Source of the DNA: Nemertoderma westbladi
Taxonomy: Eukaryota > Animalia > Xenacoelomorpha
NCBI GenBank assembly: GCA_032718475.1
Contig: JAUCBJ010002368.1
Coordinates: 1-49,093 of the forward strand
Direction: 5' to 3'
DNA length: 49,093 bases
How positions within the stretch are numbered: the stretch's first letter is position 1; every line of letters starts with the position of its first letter. This document shows positions 23,221-33,730 of the stretch, in pieces. Below the pieces are notes generated by a model. It worked only from the letters and a program-made list of their open reading frames with translations, ran no database searches and was not told the DNA's origin. A program made the position numbers and the translations under genes.

Positions 23221-23979
23221 CTAGGTAGATCTATTTGGTGTACCCGCAACGTTACCGGTACGATCCAGAGGAAGGCGCGGGCGGAGACCAAGCGATTCCC
23301 GATCTGCATTTGACAGTTTGTAATTTCGAATAGTGATTCCTTCCTGCCACAATGATGGCTCCATTACATCATTGCGGTTGGTCTGGTCACATATGATATG
23401 GAAGCTCTGGAGGACAGCCTCAGCATCACTGTTTTGGATTGGAACAACATCATAGAATTTGATTTTCTCATCGGTAAGAAATTTCTTAATTTCTTCCGCA
23501 GTTGTGGTGGGGTGCAGTCTCCCGATGTGGATATGAGCTCTATTCTCCCTTATAGGGAGCTCGGCTGCCCGTAGTGGACCGCTAACCCGGGATCCACGAA
23601 TAATCATTGGGGTTATACCGGTGCCGCCACCATCGTTCCGGGGGTGCGCAATGGCGGCAGAGCGTGTGGCAGTGGCTTGGGATGTGTCCGAAGATGGGTT
23701 GTTTTGGGATTCGGAGGCGACATTTATGTAGCTAGATGGTCTTTCCATGTGTGTGGTGTTCAGAACTTTTGTTTGGAAGTTTATGAGGGTATTTTTGGAG
23801 TCCACTACATCGAGACGAGCTGTGGCGATGTCTTCCAGGGCCTTGGAATATAAAGACCCCATCGAGATCAGCAGGTCCGTTAGTTGTTTTTCATCGTCAT
23901 TGGACATGCTTTTCTTGACTTTTATTGCACGAATCAAGGATAACATTTCATTCTGTTGTTTACCAAAGTATTCAGCCAT
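23221..23979 (-). CDS. LINE ORF1, 252 aa (helical N-terminus, RRM-like C-terminus)
   Basis: IHIGRLHPTTTAEEIKKFL..SFHI..PSLWQEGITIR pattern typical of LINE ORF1; starts ~50 nt inside the TSD. Confidence 0.85.
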   Translation of the reverse strand: MAEYFGKQQNEMLSLIRAIKVKKSMSNDDEKQLTDLLISMGSLYSKALEDIATARLDVVDSKNTLINFQTKVLNTTHMERPSSYINVASESQNNPSSDTSQATATRSAAIAHPRNDGGGTGITPMIIRGSRVSGPLRAAELPIRENRAHIHIGRLHPTTTAEEIKKFLTDEKIKFYDVVPIQNSDAEAVLQSFHIICDQTNRNDVMEPSLWQEGITIRNYKLSNADRESLGLRPRLPLDRTGNVAGTPNRST

Positions 23980-24628
23980 AATCAGTAATCAGTCAAGCAG
24001 TCAGTGTATTTCAGTATTTAAGTCTCTATTTAATATCAAGCATAATACTGCAGTATTTACTTAAACTGTTAAAGTCAATGACTAACTGACTGTACTGCAG
24101 TACCGGTACTAGTACTGGCCAGCTGGCTAACTAGCAGACTATTACAGATAGGCCCTACTGTCAGACTGTAAAAAATAGTAAATGCTATGATTGTACACTG
24201 TACCACTGCAGCCATTTACTGCTGTCATGCCAGCATACTGTACTGAAGTCACTCAGTACTGGTACACGTTAACAAGTACGGCAGTACGGTAGGCTACCTA
24301 CAGTACACACCTCTACCACAGTTAGTGAGTTAGGTACCGTACTGTAGGTAATTTTTAGCAGTCAGTGTCAGGCCGTCTGGCCGTCTGTCCGTGATAAATT
24401 AATTAATTAAATTGAAAATTCGTAAATCTATAAATTATGAAATGAATTAGACCTACAGTAGGATTGATTATGAGCGATTGGCGAACGATAACCATACTTT
24501 ATTTTTTTGTTTAAATAAATAATTAAATTTTTTAAAAACTCCGGCTCCTGCTCCGGCTCCGGCCAAATTGTCCAACTCCGGCTCCGGCTCCGGCCAAATC
24601 CCAACTCCGATCGAGCCCTAGCGGGAGG

Positions 24629-24903
24629 TGCAGCTGCGGCAGGGACCGCGCCTTGTTGGACCTGGAGGGCGGCGATCAGTTGCGCCATCCGAGCGTCCGC
24701 GTCTGCTCGCTGCAGGGCGGCATCCGCCTGCTGCTGGACCAGTCTGCCAGTAGAGCAGTAAGTTTGTCGACTCGCGCATCCGCGTGGGCCTGCTGTTGGA
24801 AGAGTTCGCGTCGCAGGTCGGTGATGCTTGTAGGCGTGCCGGTGGCCGGTTCGGTAGCATCCTTGTCCGGGTCCGAGTCACATGCTTGTCGACGTCGCGA
24901 CAT
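24629..24903 (-). pseudogene. 5' part of Gypsy gag, cut off by the hAT MITE
   Basis: ATG at 24903 (MSRRRQACDS..). QQGAVPAAAAPPA runs into the TSD and continues as PAAGQPAAAG beyond 20065; one internal frameshift. Confidence 0.75.
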
Positions 24904-25062
24904 GATGTACCGGTACTCGCGTACTCGTATGTAGGTGTAGGCCTCTTTCGGTATGTTCAATCTGTCCGGAGATTACCGCGAAGTTCGACTGCAGCTCTTA
25001 GAGGTAGCAGGAACACAACTGCGCCATATGGGGATATGCACTGAGAGCATATGAGAATAGGG

Positions 25063-26547
25063 TTTGACTAAATACGCCACCGACAACCACCGACACCTTT
25101 CGCATACCACCGACAACCACCGACAACAAAAGACACAAACCGACAGGTAAGATCGCAAACCGACAGTATACCGACAACTTCGGCAATGTTAGTAAACTAT
25201 TTCAGTACATGATTATACAATTTTTATTTCCAGTCCAAATATTTATAACAAAGTATATTGTCCACTGTCGGGCTGTTGTCGGTGGTGTAATTAGTCATGA
25301 TAATTTCTTTAAAATATAATACCGCCTTCATATATTATCTTGTTTTAAATTATTATATTGCATAGCGTAATGGTAAAAATTGTTAGTGTTTTTCATATGT
25401 CGGTGTGTTGCTATTAATATTAGTTTTTGTCGGTGGTAGTCAGACTGTTGTCGGTGGTAGTCAGACTTTTGTCAGTGGTATATTTCTGCGGTATCCGTTC
25501 TTAAACTTGGACATACAGTACAGTGCGATAGGCCCCTACAATGCCGAAATTTATTACTTTACATACAGCTGCATATTGTGTGACGTAATTGGTATTTACC
25601 TAAATGACGTAAAGTAAAGTGAAGGAAGGAAACAAGAAGCAACGGAAACTCCTTTCTCTCTTGGATGTTACCGGAAAAGAATGGTTGCCCACCACAATCT
25701 CCCAAGGATGACCACTTCATAACTATTCAACCTTTTCTGTATGTCTTTTCTGCCAGGCGGCATATTGTACTGTTGGATTTGTTAACATAAGACTTTGCCT
25801 TAACTGGCTTTAAAATTTGACTAAATACTACACCGACAACCACCGACAACCACCGACACCTTTCGCATACCACCGACAACAAAAGATACAAACCGACACA
25901 AACCGACAGGTAAGATCGCAAACCGACAGTATACCGACAGCTTCGGCAATGTTAGTAAACTATTTCAGTACATGATTATACAATTTTTATTTCCAGTCCA
26001 AATATTTATAACAAAGTATATTGTCCACTGTCGGCCTGTTGTCCGTGGTGTAATTAGTCATGATAATTTATTTAAAATATAATACCGCCTTCATATCTGT
26101 TTTAAATTATTATATTGCATAGCGTAATTTTGGTAAAAATCGTTAGTGTTTTTCATATGTCGGTGTGTTGCTAGTATTATTAGTTTTTGTCGGTGGTAGT
26201 CAGACTATTGTCGGTGGTATATTTCTGCGGTATCCGTTCCTATACTCTAACATACAGTACAGTGCAATACACTGCCGAAATTTATTACTTTACATACAGC
26301 TGCACATTGTGTGACGTAATTGGTATTTACCTAAATGACGTAAAGTAAAGGAAGGAAACAAGAAGTAACGGAAGCTCCTTTTTTCTCTCTTGGATGTTAC
26401 CGGAAAAGAATGGTTGCGCAACACAATCTCCCAAAGATGACCTCTTCATAACTATTCAACCTTTTCTGTATCCCCATAAGCCAGGCGACATATTGTACTT
26501 TTGGATTTGTTAACCTAAGACTTTGCCTTAACTGGCTTTAAAATTTA
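25063..26547. repeat. Tandem duplication of a ~730-755 bp non-coding unit with oppositely oriented ACCGACAAC / GTTGTCGGT arrays (MITE-like)
   Basis: Units start TTTGACTAAATAC at ~25063 and ~25816, and both end TAACTGGCTTTAAAATTT. Confidence 0.85.
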
Positions 26548-26870
26548 TTGCTAATGCAGCTTTTTGTTTTCGTGTTGGCATTTACTGTATGGAATTTGCG
26601 CAACCGAAACAAAAAACGGTGCCCAGCCCGTGAGAATGCAGAGGCGCAATATAGCCTATTGTATAAGATATTATGCTGTTATGTGTGACTTTTTTACTTA
26701 TTACTTTATCTACCCATATTGGTGTATTGGTTGATGAGTTGGTGGAAAATAATATTGATCGATTGGAAGATTGATTCATTAAATTATATATTAGTTTACA
26801 GATATACCAGTTTTCCAAAATTAAATTAATTCTACATAACTGTAATAACGAACCTGCATGTGGGGCGAGA

Positions 26871-27460
26871 CACGTAGTCGGCGAGCCTTGGCATACGGTT
26901 CATATAGGGTAAATGGGGCATGTCCGTCTGTCTGTCTGTCCGTCTGTCTGTCCGTCTGTCTGGTAAATGTTTGAACGCGAATTTCTCGGCATCGCTGGTT
27001 CGGAATTGAACCAAACTTAGTAGGCAAGTAGTAGAGAGAAAGTTTAGAAAGTTTGTAAAGTTTGGTGAAAAATCATGCAGTCTGACGTCAGCTACGACAG
27101 ATTTTGTGGTTTTTAGAAAATGTTAAATTTCTCGGGAAGGCCTCATTTTCTTGAGCTGAAATTTTGGTGGCCTGTAGAGAATCATGAAGTCTATCTTTTA
27201 CGAAATTGAAAAGTTAAGACATTTAATTGGGGATCCGCTAGAGACTCAGAAGTAATGACATAGGCCTACCGGTACGGTACTGCTGTACAGTGCTGCACTG
27301 GTAAGTACAAAATTGCAGAATAACAATTTGACACCACCTAGCGGATTAACATATGATTGTATATCGAATGAATACATTTATAGCATGGGATATGGGGTTC
27401 AAACTAGACATGCCCCATTTGCTCTATATGAACCGTATGCCAAGGCTTGCCGACTACGTG
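26871..27460. mobile_element. Non-autonomous element with ~54-bp inverted repeats and a (GTCT/GTCC)n microsatellite (DINE/Helentron-like or MITE)
   Basis: CACGTAGTCGGCGAGCCTTGGCATACGGTTCATATAG..GGGGCATGTC at 26871 is mirrored at 27407-27460; microsatellite at ~26921-26961. Confidence 0.7.
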
Positions 27461-27685
27461 CTGCGCGAAGTCCCCACGAACGTGTATACAGTACATACAG
27501 GCGGGGTGAGTATTTTGTCAAAACTTATTGTCTCATGTATCTATCTATGTATGTATCCATCTGCCATAAATCAGCAGTTACTTGCACAGTTTCGAGACTT
27601 CTCATAGTTATAAAGGTCGTCGTCTGCGTAGAAAAAATATTTTATGACAAAACAGGACGAGCACAACGAGGCTTATAATGAAGAG

Positions 27686-27795
27686 TGTAGTATTGGCCAA
27701 CAATATGCAATCATATATATATATATTCTGCTAGTCCCGTCCAGATACCAAGACCATAAGACCGTACTCGGTCATGGCCTATTATATATACTACA
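27686..27795 (-). repeat. Putative 110-bp 3' LTR of the second Gypsy element
   Basis: Perfect 8-bp terminal IR TGTAGTAT..ATACTACA, preceded on the minus strand by PPT GAAAGGAAGTAG. Confidence 0.6.
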
Positions 27796-27932
27796 CTACT
27801 TCCTTTCAATAAGGATAAAATAAGAGTATTAGTCTCAAGCGACAATGAATATAGACAAACCAAACTACATTTCTAAAAGTCTGTTAAACAGTCTAAGATG
27901 TCTGAATATTAAGAGTGTATTATCCTTCTGAT

Positions 27933-29595
27933 TCAATCTTTGTATCCATAATACTGTGGTGGGGCTCGTCGACGAGTGGGGTACACCCTCTTGAGGGGCA
28001 TATCTGGAGGATCATCGTTAATGTCATCAAGACTTTCATTCCGTACAGCTATGTCAATATTACCATTTCCATGTTGGCTAGCAGCCTCTGCGGTGGAATT
28101 TGGCGGTTGTTGTGGACCAGAGCTTGTTGAGTGAGGAGAAATAAGTTGACGTGATGGTCGCTGGAAATTGTTCTCATGTTGAGTATCAACAGGCTTCAGA
28201 GCTCGGCGGTTACGTGTTATAATCCTATTATTAGGTCCATTGATCATTATCTTATCTCCCCGAATTTCTTGGACCCTGTGGCCATTGTAGGAATATCCTG
28301 GAGCATCATAGTTCTTGACCATCACAGGCTGGTTTACTTCAAGTGGCTCCAAAGTCTTGACCCTGTGTCGCTGATTGTAGTCTTCCAATATCTTTGCACG
28401 ACTTTCAATATAATGGTTGGTTGGGACTACTGGTGGAGGATGGGAAAGTTTTGGGAGACGGCCCTGCATATTTGAAGCAAGATGGCGATAAAGGACAGCG
28501 TAAGGTTGTTCTCCAGTAACTCTGTGGCGGCTGTTTCGAAGTGTGAAAAGAACGGCTGACAGTCTAGATGTAAATGAACCGCTGGAAGATGGTGTAGCAC
28601 GCATCATCTTTTTGATCACCCGGTGCGGACGTTCGATCATTCCGTTAGACTGAGGATATCGTGCTGAGACTGAGATAAGCTTACAGTTTAGTTTATTAAG
28701 ATAATTAATAATCTCCTGAGAACGAAACTCTTTAGCATTATCAGAGACTAGGCCCCTGGGCAGTCCAAAGCGAGCGAAAATAACATTTAGCTGTTGGATA
28801 ATATTAGAAGATACTGACGATGATGATGGCAGGGGTATAGCTTCTATGTATCTTGAGCCATAATCAATAAGGGTAAGACATTTGTTGTGTTCGATCTCTG
28901 CACAATCAATAGCAATGCGTTCCCAAGGTTGGAAAATTTCGGACTGGATCATTGGCTGAGGGACAGGCAAATCCGCAGCTAGTTTACATGTATGACAGTG
29001 TTCTACGAACAGTTTAGCAGCTCGAGTAATCCCAGGCCACCACACATTCATATTTAGCACATCAGTCGTCTTTGTTATGCCTGGATGACCTTCATGTGCT
29101 AACTGAAGCGTCTCTGATCTTAGTGAAAGAGGAATCACAATACGTGTATCACGAAGGAGAATTGGTAACCCACACACATAGTCGATACATAGTTCATTTC
29201 TAATAGTATGGTACGTACTGTCAATTCTGGAAAGAGAATTCCAATTCCCGTCTGATACACTATTAATTATCTTAGATATCTCTGGGCATATTTGTGTTTC
29301 CTGAGCAATCTTGGTGGTATTCACAAACTTAGATTCCAATATAATGTTCACGAATATGTCAGAATGTGATTCAGAAGCAGAGGATGAGAATGCTGGGTGA
29401 GGCGCCCGTGAGAGAGTATCAGAAACAACATTATATTTCCCAGGAATAATTTCTAGAGTGAATGAGTATGGTTGGAGTGCGATTAGAAACCTTATGACAC
29501 GGGCAGGACACTGATCCAGTGGTTTATTAAATATGGCTTTAAGGGGCTTATGGTCGTTGTAGACAGTAAACTGAAGACCAATCTTAAATAACTGC
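27933..29595 (-). pseudogene. 5'-truncated Ty3/Gypsy pol (end of RNase H plus integrase)
   Basis: DHKPL, PGKYNVVSDTLSR, AHEGHPG..CHTC, IAIDC, SDNA, PQSNGMIER; RT and gag are absent. Confidence 0.9.
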
Positions 29596-29673
29596 CCTGC
29601 CCTTCCCACACAAATAAAATAAAATAAAAATAATAGTACATAGTAGGTACGCAGTTAGTAGTTAGTAGGTACA

Positions 29674-30005
29674 GTTAGAGGGTACGTAGTACCGCTAGTT
29701 AGTTAGAGAGTTAGTAGGTACGTAGTACCTAGTTAGAGGAGAGTTAGAGGGTACATAGTACCGCTAGTTAGTTAGAGAGTTAGTAGGTACGTAGTACCTA
29801 GTTAGAGGAGAGTTAGAGGGTACGTAGTACCGCTAGTTAGTTAGAGAGTTAGTAGGTACGTAGTACCTAGTTAGAGGAGAGTTAGAGGGTACGTAGTACC
29901 GCTAGTTAGTTAGAGAGTTAGTAGGTACGTAGTACCTAGTTAGAGGAGAGTTAGAGGGTACGTAGTACCGCTAGTTAGTTAGAGGGTACGTAGTACCATT
30001 AGTTA
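29674..30005. repeat. 69-bp minisatellite, ~4.7 copies, each with two GGTAC-GTA-GTACC mini-hairpins
   Basis: GTTAGAGGGTAC.. starts at 29674, 29743, 29812, 29881 and 29950. Confidence 0.92.
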
Positions 30006-30515
30006 GAAGAGAGAGAGTAAGAGGTAAAAGGGGTATATAAGATATAGATATTAGTTAGCAGTTAGTAGCGAGAGGGGGGCATGTGAGTGCGGTTGTATAG
30101 GTCGTGTAGGCCGCGCGACATATACTGCTGTACTACACAGGCCCACAGAGTAGGCCAGAATGTGGATTAGGAGATAGAATAATCCATAGGCAGTAGCAAG
30201 TAGTAGGAAACAATAAGGTAGTAGGATTGAAGTTAAAATAGATAGACAAAATAAATAGAATAGGGCTGAAAGTTACGAAATAGTGGCAACACAAGGGAAG
30301 TCGTTCTAGAACATAATAAAAGTAACGGACAGAAATTGTAAATTAGGCTCATTTACTAGCTTCAAAATTAATTAGTAACAAATTTAGGTTAAAAGGCGCA
30401 GTTAGGTAGAAAATAGGCCATTATCGAACCGTACAGAACATCTTAGATACATCACTCATCTGTATTGCGCCTTGGTAAGGCACCACCCTGCAGGTGAGCG
30501 AGTGTAGTGTTCGGA

Positions 30516-33019
30516 ATGGCGAGCAAGTTGATCAGGAAGAGAAAGGCGGAGTCAGGAGGAAAGGAGATACTGGTGGATTTCACTGAGAGGCATCCGGAAG
30601 AGAAGACGAGAGGATACTACGAGAAGTTGGAAAGGGGTCACGCGGCACGAGCGCTGCAGGATCACTTCCGGGAGATGCACGAACAGCGGCTGGTCGGGAC
30701 CTACGGGACGCCGTCGCTGGACAACGCGATCTTCCAACACTTCCACTACGTGGTGAAAGGGGACGAGGCGAAGTTCGGGATTCCGAAGTATCCGAGGGAA
30801 TCACCGAGGAAGGACTGGAAGAGATTCATAGAGTCCGTCAACAGGGGAGGATATATGATCCTAGACGACGAGGGAACCGTGGAAGACGAGGCGGGTTCGA
30901 GATGAGGATCAGCGGGGTCGGCCAGGACCATACTCCTACATTTGGCCGCGCCAAAAGGGGACATCTTCCTATTCGATCTAGGAACGTATGGGAAGAAGGA
31001 CGGGCCGAAACTAAACCGGTTACCGAAAGCGGTACAAGTCTTGGTAAGAGAGAAGTCGACGACGAAAGTGGGATCGGCGATTCGCAAGGATGCGGAGAGA
31101 ATCATCGGTCCGGACGCCACCAACCTCCTGGATATGCAGAAGGTCTTTATGGCTATGACGGCACCGGATGGGTTGGGGCTAGTCGAAAACACGGGCTCGT
31201 ATGCCACAAACCGATGGACTGGGGGAAGTTCAGGGAAGAATACGGAGCAGAACTAGCGAACTCGCTAAAGTGGGGAGCGAGACCGGGAAAGCAGGAGGTA
31301 TATCAATTCCGCAGAGGAGCGATAAAGGTATATCAGAAGCGATATATCCTGCAGGAAGATTGGGTGATAATAAGTTTGCTTAACTTATTTATGACCGTGG
31401 TCATCGAGAGGGAACCAGAAGCATTTCTGTTATCGGGATCACCCCTAAGCTACAGGAGAGCCTTTAAAACGGCCTTCGACGGTCTGGTAGACCACCCGGG
31501 GCTGAAGGGCGAGTCGGTGTACTACAACAGCCGACATCTAGTAGACGGGGAGACAGATACGCCGTATCAGAGATGGGAGCAGTTAGAGACGGACAGACGG
31601 GAAGCAAAGCGACTGGAAGAAGTCGCTAGACAGGAGAGGATAGAAGCGGAGGAGAGGGAAGAGGAGGCCAGGACGCAGAGTTACGGCTTCGAGGAACAGG
31701 CGGGCCTAGACGAGCTTCATTGGACTTCGTCAGGGAGTTCGGGGGAGTCTCTGGGGCGAGAATTGGGATGGACGGTGGGATCGCCGAAACAGTCGACGTC
31801 GGGGTTGCAAGAGATGCCCATACCAGCGGGCGCCGAGGGCGACCAACCGCCGAGGAACTTGAGGGAGCTAGAGGGATGGAGAGCTACGGGCGAGAGCCAA
31901 GGCGGGAAGGGACATAGTGGGTCCACCAGGATACCGGGGTTGGAGGTACTGCCAGAGGAGGAGGAGGACGACGACGAGTTTGGAGAGATGCCGCCCATCG
32001 AGAGGATAGGCCACTCGGACACGGACTGGGTTGGCGGAAGGGTGGTGACGGCCAGTGGGGCGAGGGCCTTCTGGAACAGATCCGGCAAGCGGACCTGGGT
32101 GCATGAGGAGCCGGCGATGGATTTCGCGGGGAGCACTATCAGGTTGGGCGAGCAACCGGGGACGGCACCACGGATAGTATTCGGGGAGACGATGCCCGAG
32201 AGGGGCGGAGAGATCGATGTAGATAGAGACAGCAACGTGGAGAAGTTCGCCTACCAGCGACTCCATAGACCGCGGAGATCGCTCGGGACGAAAGACGAGG
32301 TGGGACGGGAGACATTGGTACTCGGCTGCGACTACTGTGGGAGACAGACCCACCAGGAAAGGAGCTGCTTGTACCGGTTCCAGAAGGGAACCTTTTGTCT
32401 CTACTGCCGCGAGCCGAGCCACAGGATGGGGGCGTGTCCACGGTTACATAACCGATGTCCAAAGTGCCACTTTCGGGGACACTACGGACGCCAGTGCGAC
32501 TGGATGGACGACGAGGAGAAGTTCGCAAGATTCGAGGAGTGGGCCGACGTCGGGGCTATGACGCGCCAGCGCATGAAGGAGTTCAAGTGGGGTTTCTTCC
32601 TTATAAACCAGGAGACTCACATGGAAATCATAAAGCGGAGGTTACCGTTCACCTATCAAGAGATAGCAACGGCGGCGTCGTACGCCAGAGTTATGAACAC
32701 ACAACGATACTTGGACAGGTGGACGCCGCAGAACCGAAAGGAGTTTAGGGATTTCTTGGCGGAGCACGTACCGCAAGCGATGAAGATGATCCTATGGGAC
32801 GCCACCAGAGGGAGACAACCAGGCCACTCTGAGGGGCCACCTGCGAAGCGGTATCGGGCACTAATAACACCAGCGCCCAAGGAGCCAACAACCGGAATCA
32901 GCAGGGAGGTGGCGGCGAAGGTCCGAAAGCAGAAAGCGGATTCCAGAGGAGCAGTGGTAACCAAGAAACGGCCCAGGGAAGAGGACGCCAGGGGGAACTA
33001 CCCCCGGGGGAACAGATAG
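30516..33019 (+). pseudogene. Accessory gene: DEDDy 3'-5' exonuclease-like domain, acidic linker, three Zn knuckles, basic tail (~830 aa if reconstructed)
   Basis: 30507-30905 and 30942-31256 are one frame broken by TGA at 30903; a shift near 31200 enters the 30902-33019 frame. Motifs: YMILDDEG, LLHLAAPKGDIFLFDL, LPKAVQVLV..TKVGSAIRKD, LLDMQ, CDYC..H..C, CLYC..H..C, CPKCHFRGH..C. Confidence 0.72.
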
Positions 33020-33730
33020 GTTCCCAAGAGCCAAGGGAGTGAGACTGGGACTGGGACGTGGTACGCCTGGAAGGCGCCGCGTGGGACGTACGAACTATTA
33101 AGTACAAATTTAATTAATGCAAATAATCATATAAGTGCAATTTGTATGTACGTACGTAGTAATTAGCAGTAAAATACATATGTTCGGAGTAAGTACTATA
33201 GTCATACAACCTTTCTCAATTAGCTACTGGGACTGGGGGGATAACTGACTATGGCACTATGGACGAGACACCCGACAATTTCACACTTCTTGAGTGCGAC
33301 GGCACGAGAGAGGGGGGGGAGATTCGTCAGGAGAGATGAAATAATCAAAGTGGGGTTGAGGGACGGAGTAATAGAGCGGAGTGCGGAGAGAGTGTGGGCG
33401 CAATCCTAGAGTGGGGGGGGGGAGAATAAGAGGCTGAGTGTGGGACGAGGAGGTCCGAGGGTATGAGAGAATTAGGATGGGAGTGGAGAAGAGATAGGGC
33501 GAGAGTGTTGGGGAAACAAAAGTCGCGTGAGAGGTGAGCGCGATCGGCCCGACATGAGACGCCAGGCACACAGGGTAGCGTTATCATACCCATAGGGAGC
33601 GGCCTGGAAAGCCGGCTCCGAGAGAAAAGAATTCCACCCCACACCCGATACTAGATCGGGATCCAGCGGGATTGTAGCGCACTTTTTGGTTGATGCTATC
33701 TTCTTACCGGGAAGATAGCATGGGGGGGAG

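Larger units (their letters stand above)
20270..24031 (-). mobile_element. Full-length APE-RT LINE (CR1/L2/RTE-X-like group; clade not resolved)
   Basis: 15-bp TSD AATATCAAGCATAAT at 20255-20269 and 24032-24046; poly(A) tail seen as the T run at 20270-20284; two open ORFs. Confidence 0.93.
20066..24620. mobile_element. Non-autonomous hAT-type MITE (~0.8 kb without its LINE) inserted in the Gypsy gag
   Basis: 16-bp TIR TAGGGCTCGATCGGAG / CTCCGATCGAGCCCTA; 8-bp TSD GCGGGAGG at 20058-20065 and 24621-24628; subterminal GCTCCG arrays at both ends. Confidence 0.9.
15505..25026 (-). mobile_element. Ty3/Gypsy (Mag-like) LTR retrotransposon interrupted by nested insertions; 5' LTR missing
   Basis: On the minus strand: PBS-like TGGCGCAGTTG (25026-25016), gag, PR, RT-RH-IN, PPT AGAAGGGGGG (15717-15708), short LTR. 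Confidence 0.88.

Noticed and set aside
20228-24170. 17-bp repeat CCTACTGTCAGACTGTA as the LINE TSD
   Set aside because: Not adjacent to the poly(A); the 15-bp AATATCAAGCATAAT pair is. This is an internal MITE repeat.
25027-26478. TATGGGGATA/TATCCCCATA as a TIR pair
   Set aside because: Only 10 bp, no clear TSD, and the tandem unit continues beyond it.
30902-31200. N-terminus of the listed 705-aa ORF
   Set aside because: The exonuclease motifs here lie in the overlapping 30507/30942 frame; the listed frame is probably coding only after ~31200.
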